Of a stretch of 64,000 nt of DNA, positions 25,695-35,903 are shown piece after piece (positions within the stretch are counted from its first letter, which is position 1; the number at the start of each line of letters is the position of its first letter). Made by a program: the position numbers and the translations under genes. Source of the DNA: the human T2T-CHM13v2.0 reference genome, Homo sapiens; assembly GCF_009914755.1 (NCBI RefSeq), contig NC_060940.1. One strand, written 5' to 3'. Below the pieces are notes generated by a model. It saw only the letters and a list, made by a program, of their open reading frames with translations, searched no databases and was not told the origin of the DNA.

Positions 25695-25882
25695 TTGACT
25701 TTGGAGAAGACGATGTCCACATCGGTCCCTGTCACGGACTTTCCGTCAGCCACCTTGCAGTCCTTGCACAGCTTGGCCCAGTTCTTGCCATTCATCTCTT
25801 GCCCACTGGCCTTGGGGTCACCATGGATGGCAAACTTGCGGAAGCTCTCCTCCAGCCCAGCCATGTCTGTGCTCGCTGCCAT
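25695..25882 (-). CDS. TPPP3: TPPP3 first coding exon ([22 protein letters not shown]...FSKVK); the exon extends to 25888
   Basis: GGCATGG Kozak context and AA|gtgagc donor. 188+154+189 = 531 nt, giving a 176-aa tubulin polymerization-promoting protein family member. Confidence 0.97.
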
Positions 25883-28150
25883 GCCACCCTATAGAGACCC
25901 ACCTGGGTCATCTCCCAGCCAATCTGCCCTTCCCCTCCCCCAAGCCCAGAACATCCCAGCCTCTACCTCAAACCTGCAAGACCTGGGCAGGTTCTGCTAC
26001 AGAGTTGGTGCTGGAGCTGCCTGGGGAGAGGGGCCCGTCACTGTCGCCCTGGGCCACAGAGCCCCAAGGAAGAGCCCCGGGAGGCACGGTCTTGTCACTA
26101 ATGCCAGCCCTGGCTCTCAGCAGGGTTCAGCAGATGAAATAATGATGCCCACAGGGAACAGAGTGGCACTGTCCAGAAAGACTGTTAGGGCAGCAGCTGG
26201 GGCCCTGGCTTTGTCTGGCCCTGGCACAAGGCCTTGCTTGGGTGGAAGTGAGGGTGGCAGAGCAGGCCCCCTCCCTGGAAGCTCCATGCCAAGCTGGCTT
26301 GGGGCCAGGCCAGGCTGCTGGTCGGGCAGGCATTCAGTGAGGACAGCATCTCTGTAAGGGTCATGAGGACCCAGCAAGAGCCAGTCTGGGCACGGGTGCA
26401 TGCCCTGGGCAGGGGTGCAGCTGGTCCAGCAAGGCCTTGTTACTATTTGCTGTTAAACAAAAACATGAGGGGAGCTTGGGGCTGGCCTGGCCACAGTTTG
26501 TGAAGCCTGGAGACGGTTGCTAAGGGAGGGTGGTGCTGCTTGGAGAATGTTGCTAAGGGCAGGATGGTGTCAGGGCAGCTCAGGGAGAAGCTCCCAGTGC
26601 TGAGGGGCTGGGCTGGGCTGGGAAGCTGGGGCCCACGGGTGGGGCACGCCAGCACTCCCTGCGCCTAGGGCATAACCGTGGCTTCCTGGCCCCTTGCCAC
26701 CGACTGGTGCTGTAACCTCCCACTGTGGAGTTTTGGGGGAGCAGGAGGTTGGGGGCTAGTAGCGTGGGGGCTGTAGAGTTACGAACCCCAAGAGTCGTGC
26801 TGGCAAGTGGGGCTGTGGCTGAAACACACTTCATCATGTCTACACCTCAGACCTCCCCTGGCCACGCCCTGAACTTGGCCACACCAGCCCACATTCCCAG
26901 CGACCCTGTGCACTCAGCCCTGGCCTGCCACCCCCTGGGCCTTGTACCCCTGGCCATACCTTCAGCCCTCCATCCTCCATCTTCACACCCACAGCCACAG
27001 CCCTCGGCCACCAGCCCCCACATATATACTAACAAGCCTGCGCCAACCCCAGTAATACCCACAGTCCAGCACTAAAGTGCCCCCCACACCCACAGCCCTC
27101 CGCTGCAGACCCCTGGCCACACCCTGAGCCTACACAGCAGCCTTCTCCATCCCCACACCCGCAGCCCTGGGGCTGAGGCCCCTGGCCACAAACCTGCATC
27201 CCTTCCTGAGACCCCTGACCATAGCCTCAGCCACTCACCCCCTCCAATACCCGCAGCCCTTTATCAAGGCGCCCTGACCCTCAGCACCCCTTTGTCCACA
27301 CACCCTCAGCCCTCTGGCCACACCCTCAGCCTGCACTGAAGGCCCCAGTCCACATCCACACACTAACATTATAAGACTCCCAGGTACTATGCGGAGATCC
27401 CCTGCGTAGAGACCTCCCCACCACATCCCCCTCCTCCACTGCCACCTCCTGACCACACCCTCGGTCTCAGCAACCATCTTCTAGCTCTGCCTTTTACACT
27501 AGGGCTTCCAGTGACCACGGCCTGGGCTCTGCCCGGCTGCCCCATCTTCCACCAAAAACTCCTCGCCAGTGACCACACTCCCATCCCTAAGTGGCAGTTT
27601 CTGGGACTGTGAGCACCGGTGGTTCCTACGTTACAGGGACCATAACCCCAGTCCACGCTGCACTCCCCTTCCCTTTCCCTGGGTGCAACCTCCCACCAGG
27701 GACCCCAAGACCCGCACTTGGTTCACCAAGGGTAACGTCCAGGGGAGCTTGGATGCCACAGGGTGCTTGGCCCAAGCACTGGGCGGATCCTGCGTGCAGT
27801 GCTCACTCCTGTCCGTGGAAAGATGGATTCTTGGTCATCTCAGCGCGGTCAGGTGGCGCTGGGTTGCAGGCCGCAGCCCCATGGGTCTGCAGGCCATGGA
27901 TGGAGTGGCCACACCCGTGAACTGGAGCCACCCGTCCCGCTCCCACTGGGACAGCTGGAGTCATCAATCAGCCGGACCAGGAGGTGGGGGCTGCGAGGTG
28001 GAATGCTTGGGGCCAGGGCAGGGCCGCTCAGCTGGCTCCTCGGCTGGGACCGCCGGAGGTTGGGACCCTTTCCAGGCTGCTCCCCCCAACCCTCATCGTG
28101 CAGGATACTGATTGGGGTGGCGGGCATCTGGGTCTCCTATGGGCTTCTAC

Positions 28151-28280
28151 CTCGCGGCTGCTCCTGAAGTGTGCGTTCGGAAGGACAGAACGACGCAGGA
28201 ATGGACCGATGGACGCGGGAGACCAGGCGGCTCCGCAGCTCCGCTCCCTGCCGGCTCCCGGGTGGGACTGCAGCCCAGGC
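28151..28280 (-). other. TPPP3: TPPP3 non-coding exon 1 (5' end approximate)
   Basis: CGCGAG|gtagaa donor at 28150, inside a CpG island, with no ATG. TATA-like ATAATA at 28291-28296 and an X-box just upstream. Confidence 0.7.
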
Positions 28281-29209
28281 GGCTCCGCCGTATTATCCCC
28301 TGTTTCTCGGTCTCCATAGAGACGGCGAGTCCCACCCCCGAGGCTGTCTCGGCGGGAGAGTGACCAAGGTCACGCCGGCCCCGCCCACGAGGCCCCGCCC
28401 TCCCCGAGACTCTCCGGGAGCCGCATCCCGCCCCTCCCCCGCAACTCCGCGGTCCTCGCGACGGCGAGACCAGCGCTCTGCAGTTCGGGGCGTCTTCGGA
28501 CGGCCCCCTGAGGAAACAGCCTCCCATCCTGGGATGTGCCTAAAGCTCTAAGCGGCCCCAATCTCCAGAAGAGATCCAGCTCCCCAGAGAGTCAACCAGA
28601 GGCCACTGGGGAGCTGCGCGGGGCATTGGTGGGGCTTGGGGAATCGGGAAGGAGCTCTCCCTCAGTGACAGGGGTATACGGTTGACTCAAGAGCACTGCC
28701 ATCCACTGAACGGATGGCACCCCCAGGCCACAACTCCCGTGCTCTCTTGGGTAGGATTCAGAGCCTGGAGCAGTGGGGAAGAAGGGAGGGGACTCCCTAC
28801 GAGCGAATCGCGCTCGCCCAGCCCCAGGATGCTGGCATTCGACGGCAGCCCTGCTGCCGGGGAAAAGCTGCGGGACCTCCTGGCTCGGCCCCCTCCTTTC
28901 GCCGCCACCTCCCCACGGCCTCGCAGCCTCAGCGCCCACTGCTGCTTTCGGAGCCCAAAGCCTGCTTTCTCTCGGCCTCCCAGTGCAAAGCCCATCTTTA
29001 AGAAAAATAACCTCCTCCAGGCCGCCTTCTAAGGCCTTTCCTAACCACGAGCCGCACGTGAGCACCTCCACAGGGCAGCCTGGGTGGCTACCTACTATAC
29101 AGGGACCTCCTCCCCGCCCCCGGTCCACTGGCCAGGGTCGGGCTTCTGGATGGCCCGTGGCCCCTGCCATTAAGAAAGTAAGCGCGACGTCCGCAAAAGC
29201 ATAAAAAAG

Positions 29210-29215
29210 TTTATT
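29210..29215 (-). terminator. ZDHHC1: ZDHHC1 polyadenylation signal AATAAA
   Basis: tttatt on the + strand, about 165 nt after the distal stop, followed on the minus strand by U-rich sequence. Confidence 0.88.
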
Positions 29216-29380
29216 GGAGCATCACAGCCGGTGGGGCGGGTATTGCTGAGTCGTGGGGGAGGGAGGCCGATCCCGCCGGCCGTAGGGGCCCCTAAAGTGC
29301 ACTCGGTGCGGCAAGGATGGGGTGTTGCATAGAGAGTCAGGCCGGCCGCTCTAACTCGGCCCTCCGGCCTCTCGGCCCAG

Positions 29381-29664
29381 CTAAGCCAGACCAGCCTCCC
29401 GGCCGCCCGGCGCCCTGGGCTCGCCGCTGCTCGGGCTCACGAAAACGGCGGGCGCACGCGCCTGCCGCGCCAGCGTGGGCTGTCGGCCCCGGCCCCGCGG
29501 GGCGGCCAGAGCGGCGCTGCCCAGGCGCGTCTGCGCCACTGGAATCTCGTCCACGGACTCTGCCGACGCCGAGTGGTAGGCGCCGGCAGGGCCAGCGGCG
29601 TGCACAGGGCTGGCGTCCGCGGAATCCGTCGACGAGCTGGAGCGGCGGCTGGGGGCCCTAGGCC
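29381..29664 (-). CDS. ZDHHC1: ZDHHC1 last exon. Frame A ends ...GGREAGLA* (29381); frame B ends ...VRPPFS* (29437)
   Basis: cttgcgcag acceptor. Both frames are open (ORFs 29381..29866 and 29437..29925). Confidence 0.9.
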
Positions 29665-29772
29665 CTGCGCAAGGGAAGGGAACATGAGCCCAGTGGCTGC
29701 GGCTCGCTTGTGGCTCTGCCTTCCCCTCCCTCGAGTTCCCAGAGCAGGACCCGGACAGGGAGAGGCGCTCAC

Positions 29773-29833
29773 CCGACGCCGGATCCGAGGTCTCAGACGT
29801 TCGCACTTTATACACGCGCCTCTTCCTCTTTTT
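29773..29833 (-). CDS. ZDHHC1: ZDHHC1 exon in frame A (KKRKRRVYKVRTSETSDPAS); isoform B instead uses one longer exon, 29773-29992, in another frame
   Basis: tctgcag acceptor and CGG|gtgagc donor. 61 nt, phase 0 to 1. Confidence 0.85.
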
Positions 29834-29957
29834 CTGCAGAGACACGGGGGAGCCTGAGGGCCCCACATCGCCAAAAGAAGCAGAGGCGAGCGCCAGGGTA
29901 GAGGCTTCTTTCTATCCCACTCCACCTGGACCGGAGGCCCAGCACAGTCCCTCCTAC

Positions 29958-30051
29958 CTGGGGTCGGATCCGGGGAGGCAGGGCGAGAGTGTCTGGGGAA
30001 GAGGGTGGTGGAGGTTCCGCTTGGCCACGGGTGGCAAGAAACTGGGAGGGA
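29958..30051 (-). CDS. ZDHHC1: ZDHHC1 exon in frame A (NPSQFLATRGQAEPPPPSSPDTLALPPRIRPQ)
   Basis: ccccctcag acceptor and CAG|gtagga donor. 94 nt, phase 2 to 0. Internal alternative acceptor at 29993-29994. Confidence 0.82.
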
Positions 30052-30254
30052 CTGAGGGGGAAGCAGGAGGGTAAGCCTGGGGCCTGTTCCCCAAATCCCT
30101 CCCCACTGGAGGTGCTGAGAGAAGCTTCCCTTCCTGTTAGCTCAGAGAAGGGCCTGACCCATGCCCCGACCTTAGCCTACCCCCTTCTCCTGCCTCGATG
30201 GCCCTGCCATGCTAACTGGAGATGCCCAGTGGCACATGCCCAGGTTGCACTCAC

Positions 30255-30337
30255 TTGGCATTCACTGCTGCTGGCCCGGCCTGGCCAGGGGGCTCTGGGC
30301 GCATATGTCTGAAGGTCCGCATGTAGAACTCCATCTC
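30255..30337 (-). CDS. ZDHHC1: ZDHHC1 exon (EMEFYMRTFRHMRPEPPGQAGPAAVNA)
   Basis: ttccccag acceptor and AA|gtgagt donor. 83 nt, phase 0 to 2. Confidence 0.92.
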
Positions 30338-32982
30338 CTGGGGAAGGTGGAAGTCAAGGAGGCTGGGAGGCCAGGTGTGGCTCCCGAGCCTGCTGAGCCC
30401 TAAGCCCACGCAGTCCTGCCCTCATTGGCCTCTGTGGGATATCTCAGGCCTCATGCCAGGCTCCCAGCCATGCTGGGAAAACCCCATCTGTAGGGTAAGG
30501 CTTAAAACACCCATTTCTGGCCCTTGCCCCATCCCCAGGTCCTTACCTCATCTATTCAGCCTCTGCCTCCTGCAGGAAGGCTCCCAGCCCCCATGGGTCT
30601 ATAGGCCCAGTTTAGAGAGGCTCAGCCAGGGAGTGGTGGGAAGCTCAGAGCTGCCCGCACCTGCTCCTGGTGTCCCCAGGGATCCAGCCTCTGAACCAAT
30701 TGTTTTCCCCTGGCTGAGAAACAGGCCTGAGTGTGCATCCACCAGCTCCCGCAGAGCTGAGTCCTGGGCACACCCCTCGCCCTCACAGAGGACCAGCCAC
30801 GATCCAGGCTGCCGAGAAGGGGCTGCGTAAATGCACATGCGGTGGTCTCCCTGCCACTACACCAAAAGGGAAGGTAGCAGGTGGTGGAACAAACAGAGCC
30901 GCAGCCCCACTGAGCACCAGGCTTATGGGCAAGCCCTGATCTTCACAGCAACCCTGAGGGTGCAGACGCGACCCCTGAGAGCAAAGGGGCCTTGAGGCCA
31001 GGGGGTTGCAGGAGTGGCCTAGTCCTGCACCCCCGCCCGCAGGACTCGCCCCAGCTTTGCCCAGAAGGACTCCAGGTGAGGAAACAAAAGCCTGGGGAAA
31101 GCAGGCCCGGGAAGGGCGTGGTGCGAGATGGGGGCGGGTCCCGGGCGGGGTGGGAGCCGGGAGGGGTTGCCGGGAGCACCCGGACAGCTGTCGCCAGTTC
31201 AGCAGCCGTTTCCATGGAGACGGAGGCGTCCTGACTAATGCAGAGAGGACACTGTAACAGCAAGGCCGTCTCTAAAACAAGCCTATGTTTGGGGGCAACG
31301 GCTCCAGAGAGGGGCCCCTCCCGCATTCCTGCTGGGGTGGGGGTGGGTGGCTGCCTGCAGGGCCCTGACAGATCTGGGGGAGGAGCCCAGCCAGCGGCCC
31401 CGCCCAACCTCTGCCCTGGCTGCTGCTCTGGAGAGGGGTGTGGGGGCGCCAGCCTGGGCCGAGGAGCGCGGGGTCAGGGGTCAGAGGCCAGTCACAGGGA
31501 CTGGAAACCTCAAGATCACTCTCCCCCACACCTCTTTTCTGCCCCAGTGTGGACTCAGTGACCCTCTAGGGCCAGCAGAGGGGCAAAGCCCACTGGGGGG
31601 CCCTGGGCTCCAGAGGGGGGAGCAGAGGAGGGGCCAGCAGTAGAGGAGGTCTCAGAAGCTGAGGGGCCTGGATGGGAAAGGCGCCAGGCCCTAGCCAGCT
31701 CAAGAAGTCTGAAAGCGTCCCCAGTGAGTCCCCACTCAGAGCCCTGTCCTCTCTCGCCATGGCTGTCCAGAGGATACTGTCTCAGAGACCTTCAAAACCG
31801 TGTACATTCCTGAATGGTACTGGGCCCTCAGCCTCAGCTCTCTGCTTTGTAAAAGAGGACAAGAACACCACTCCTGTCCCCCGGGTTTGCCTCCCTCAAG
31901 TCACTGCAGATGGACAGAACAGAAATTAAATGTCTTCGCTGTGGCCACATTTGGCCCCAAAGCCTTGGCAGCGCAGGGCCAAAGAGCCCGCCCTGCTTCA
32001 GTGGGTGCTGCCTATGAGGCTTGAGAAAGTCTCCTGCCTACTTCTCTGGGCCTCCGTCTCCTCTTGATGTGGGGCTGGAAACAGTACCCTCTCCCCAGCA
32101 CAGCTGCCACCATCAGAGCCCAGCACTGGGGCAGGTATACGGTGGTGTAACAGTGGAGTCGCCACCCACAGCCAGCATGCCCCAGGCCCAGGCCTGCCCA
32201 GTCCTGGCAGCCTGGCCCACAAGTAGTGTCCAGCCCTGGTGACAAGAACAGAAGAGGTGGGGTCCTAGGCCCTCCCCAACCCACCCACCAGCCTCTGTTT
32301 GTGTCCAGTTGCCATGAGGCCTCGGGATCCAGGGCTCAGCCTTCCCCCAGCAAAGCCTGCCCGGGCCCCGCCTTCCTAGTCCCTAGGGGCTCCTTTGACG
32401 ACTGGATCACCCCCACCCCAGCGGCTGACCTCAGGAAGCCATGGGGCGTGGGAATGGGGATAGGCTGGTCAGCCACTGGCCTGGCCAGGCCGGCCAGAGC
32501 GTAGAGACCTTAACTCTTCCCAGACCCAGCTTGTGGTTAACCTTCTAGGCCTCAGTAGGCACATCTGCAGAAGAGGCTGTTCTAAGCATAAATTAGGGTA
32601 ATGGGTATAAGCGCTCAAGGTCATGGATGAGGAGAAGTGATGGCTCCATCCTGGCCACCCATCACTGACCCCGTCGCTGGTCCATCCCTCTCTCTCCTGC
32701 TGCAGCCCCAACCTGCTTGCTTCCAGGCTCCCACATCCCATGCCCTCCCGCGCATGCTTGGCGCCTGGGCAGGTGTGTACGTGGGGTCCGGGAAACACAG
32801 GGCTCCCTCTGGCTGTGCCCACGCTTGGGCGAGCAGGCACACGCTCAGCACAAGCCCGGTCCCTGCTGCCCCCAGCGGCTGTTCCAGGCTTGCCTCCCTT
32901 GCCCTGTCTCCTCACTGGCTGCTCGCTGCACAGCCCAACACCCCCCACACCCAGGCCCCCTCCCACCCTTCATCCTCTATAC

Positions 32983-33095
32983 CTGAATGGGCCGCATCTT
33001 GGGAGGACATGACTCGAGCTCCCTGTGAACCCCCTTGGCCTCCTGTGGTGGGCGGTGCTGCACGATGTACTCATAGGTGGTGAGCTTGTGCCACA
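32983..33095 (-). CDS. ZDHHC1: ZDHHC1 exon with the TTxE motif (MWHKLTTYEYIV...RPIQ)
   Basis: Conserved DHHC-family TTxE motif; ccaccag acceptor and CAG|gtatag donor. 113 nt. Confidence 0.95.
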
Positions 33096-33343
33096 CTGGT
33101 GGGGGGAGGAGAGGGCTCAGTGCGGTGGAAGGGGGACTCTGGAGCTCAGAACAGGAGGGAGGACAACCAGCCCCAGGCTGAAACCAGTGTCCCCAAATAC
33201 ACGAAGCCATCAGGTGAGACCTGGCCACCATAGTGAGCCCATACTAGGCAGGGGCATGGTTTCAGGGTCCACCGTCCAACTGGGCACCTTCCTGCAATCT
33301 GAGGACCCCTGCGTTCCAGAAGGCAGGTGCAGGAGGCACTTAC

Positions 33344-33502
33344 TGAGATAAATGTGGAAGCAGAGCAGGTGCCCCAGGAGGGCTGTGGACAGGAGGCCCA
33401 GAAGGATGAGCAGGGCGGCCAGGGCCAGGATGGCAGGGGCCTGGGTCTCCACGGGGGCGGCAGGCAGGAACACGAACCACACATCCGTGTGATTCTTCAG
33501 GA
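33344..33502 (-). CDS. ZDHHC1: ZDHHC1 exon, TM4 (VLKNHTDVWF...LLCFHIYL)
   Basis: ccttgcag acceptor and A|gtaagt donor. 159 nt, phase 1 to 1. Confidence 0.95.
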
Positions 33503-33590
33503 CTGCAAGGCACAGGCAGTGTGTGCTCAGCCGGGGACGTGACGGGTGACCAGGGTTGGGGGTGAGAATAGGCCCGGAGCCTAAACTGAC

Positions 33591-33715
33591 CTTCAAAGTG
33601 TCGGTTGGTGCGCAGACGCATGGGGTTGACAAAGAACTCCACGAAGACATATGTGGCCACCAGCACCAGGAGCAGGACGCCCAGTAAAGCGGATGCAACA
33701 CTGTGTAGAAAGAGC
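33591..33715 (-). CDS. ZDHHC1: ZDHHC1 exon, TM3 (LFLHSVASALLG...RHFE)
   Basis: cccag acceptor and G|gtcagt donor. 125 nt. Confidence 0.95.
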
Positions 33716-34125
33716 CTGGGCCCAGCCATGGGTCGCTGTCAGCTCCCCGGAGCTCCAGCCTCAGAAGGCCCATAGGAGTTGGGGCTGTAGGGTCATTGCT
33801 ATGGGCTCAGAGGGCTGAGGGTGACCCCACAGCCCCAACTCCTCAGAAGCCAAAGGCATACGGCAAAACTGAAGATGGGTGGCCACCCCATCAGGCAGCC
33901 CACATTTCTCTGGGCCAGCTTGGTGGAAGATTCCAGGCCCACCCTTGGCCATCTCAGCCGGCACCCAGGAGCATCACTCTCTCTGGGCAGCACCCCCGCA
34001 TAAAACGGGCACAGGTCCTCGAAGCATCCCCATCCCCGCCCGCCTGCCATGCGAGCTGCAAGGTCTGTGGCTCCCACCCTCAGACAGTGCATCCCCAGGC
34101 CCGCGTGCGGCCGGGCTGTCCTCAC

Positions 34126-34227
34126 CGGTAGTTCCGCTCGCCCACACAGTTGTTGAGCCACTTGCAGTGGTGGTCGAAACCGCACACGCACTTGTTGCAG
34201 GCGCTGCAGTGCTTGGAGCGAGCGCTC
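34126..34227 (-). CDS. ZDHHC1: ZDHHC1 catalytic exon ([34 protein letters not shown])
   Basis: Canonical DHHC cysteine-rich domain; ctgcag acceptor and CG|gtgagg donor. 102 nt. Confidence 0.98.
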
Positions 34228-35727
34228 CTGCAGGGAGAGGGGGCACAGCGCGATTGGCCGGCTCATTCCCCGCTCTGCGGCCCGGCCGGTCGGGGTGGTT
34301 GAGTGGGGTCTGTGGAGGGACCAAGCGCCAGGCCTGAGACAGCCCCGAGCGAGGCGACGAGGAGCGCGCGCGCCCTCTGCAGGCGCTGCGGGGTGGGTCC
34401 CCTGGAGGAGGCAGCGCTCCCGAAGAGCTGGGGGACCCCAGAGGCCGCAGGAGGGGTAAGGAGGTGCACCCCTCCTGCTCTGGGATTGTGCGCCTAGCTG
34501 ATGCGCCATGAAACAGAAAATGGGCGTCCTTTCCAAGCAAAGACCCCGAGAGAAGCCAGAAGATGCAGGTGTGGGCCCAGGGAGCTGCAGACAGCAAGGC
34601 TTGGGCCCAGGGCCTGCACTGCCCTTCCCGACACCTCCGGCAGTGGGCCCCTGTTTCCCTGCCATTCTATAGGAATGGTACTGGCATTTTTCCAGAAACT
34701 TCAGTCTGTGTGGACTAAGAGAAAAGAGGCAAAAGAAGTGCAGGCTGCCATCCGCGTGAGCATGCAGGTGCTCACCACAGGGGCTCAGGGGAAGTCTCCC
34801 AGCCCAGGGAGGCACCGGGGAAGGCCCAAAGGCACAACCCCTCCCCCAGAACAGGGCAGAGCCCTGCAATGGGCAGCAGCTGCTGGAGCAGCTGCTCGGA
34901 AAGTGTGCTGGCGGGTGCCCAGTGAATGGCAGGATGGCCTCATGTCCAAGTCCTTGGCGCCTTAAGGCTAGGGGCTTGCTCAGTCTGCAGACAGACCCCT
35001 TCAACAGGCTTCCTGGTGGGGGCTGGCCTTGGGCCATATCCCCATCCCTGATCCCCCACCCGAGACCTGGAGACTGGGGGGCTCCAGAAGGGTGGAGAGG
35101 GGCCCCTAGAGAGGTAGCTGGGACCAGCCAAGGTGGCGGGGCGCAGCACGTAGTGACTCCTCCATGTTAGCAGAGGGACCTGAGCAAGCCAAATGGCCCC
35201 CCTGGGCCTCAGACTCCTCCTGGGTAGACCCCAGGGCAGCAGTATCTGCTTAGGGGCCTGGCCGGCCAGATGTGAATCTGGCTCCGCTATCAGTGGCTGT
35301 GTCTGGCCTATCAGCCTTTCTAAGCGCTGGGCTCTTCCTCCTCCATGAAGTGAGAAAGCCATGCGGGGTGGCTGCAGGAAGAGCTCAGCACACAGTGAGT
35401 GTCAGGCATCAACACCCCTGCCCACCCCTATATGGGAATACTGGCGAGAGATGTGAGGGTGTCACTGGCAGAGCCGCTCATTAGAAATGTTTGGGCAGGG
35501 CCAAATGTTTCCTCCTTTAACTGCTGGAATACTACTGATCTTCTGTTTCCAATCACCTTCTCCTCACCTTCTCAGTAACCCAATACTCTGTCACGCCATC
35601 AAGGTTCTTGACTGCATAAAACATGAGGGTTCTGAGGCATCAGGGATGTCTGTGAAGCCCTGGCACCCCCTCTCCACCATACACCCCACAGCACACTCGG
35701 CAGCCACAAGCACCCACACACACTCAC

Positions 35728-35903
35728 ACATCCACGTTGCACAAGTTGCAGTGCAGGTCTTCAATGACATGTGCGTGCTGGCTTCGGTTGAAGATGGGCA
35801 GGGGCCCCGCATAGCTCTTGTCCCGCACGTTGGCATCTGCTGGATCGATGGAGACGGCGGTCAGGTGCACCACAAGGTGGCCAGCAAAGATGGCGCCCAT
35901 GCA
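35728..35903 (-). CDS. ZDHHC1: ZDHHC1 exon (CMGAIFAGHLVVHLTAVSIDPAD...HCNLCNVDV)
   Basis: DP motif and first CxxC; U12-type acceptor; GT|gtgagt donor. 176 nt. Confidence 0.95.

Larger units (their letters stand above)
28140..29870. promoter_or_regulatory. CpG island covering the TPPP3 promoter and the last ZDHHC1 exons
   Basis: Dense CpG, GC boxes (ccccgccc at about 28379 and 28393), RFX-like palindrome at 28310-28323. Confidence 0.85.

Noticed and set aside
24866-26357. 247-aa and 246-aa plus-strand ORFs
   Set aside because: They are antisense shadows of TPPP3 exons and the U1 copy in GC-rich DNA, with no independent gene signals.
34640-34740. Cryptic ZDHHC1 exon after a strong pyrimidine tract (acceptor at 34706)
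   Set aside because: There is no convincing donor downstream, so it cannot be supported without RNA data.
33799-35037. 412-aa minus-strand ORF
   Set aside because: Mostly intronic GC-rich sequence that crosses the DHHC exon in the wrong frame; low-complexity Pro/Gly/Arg composition and no domain.
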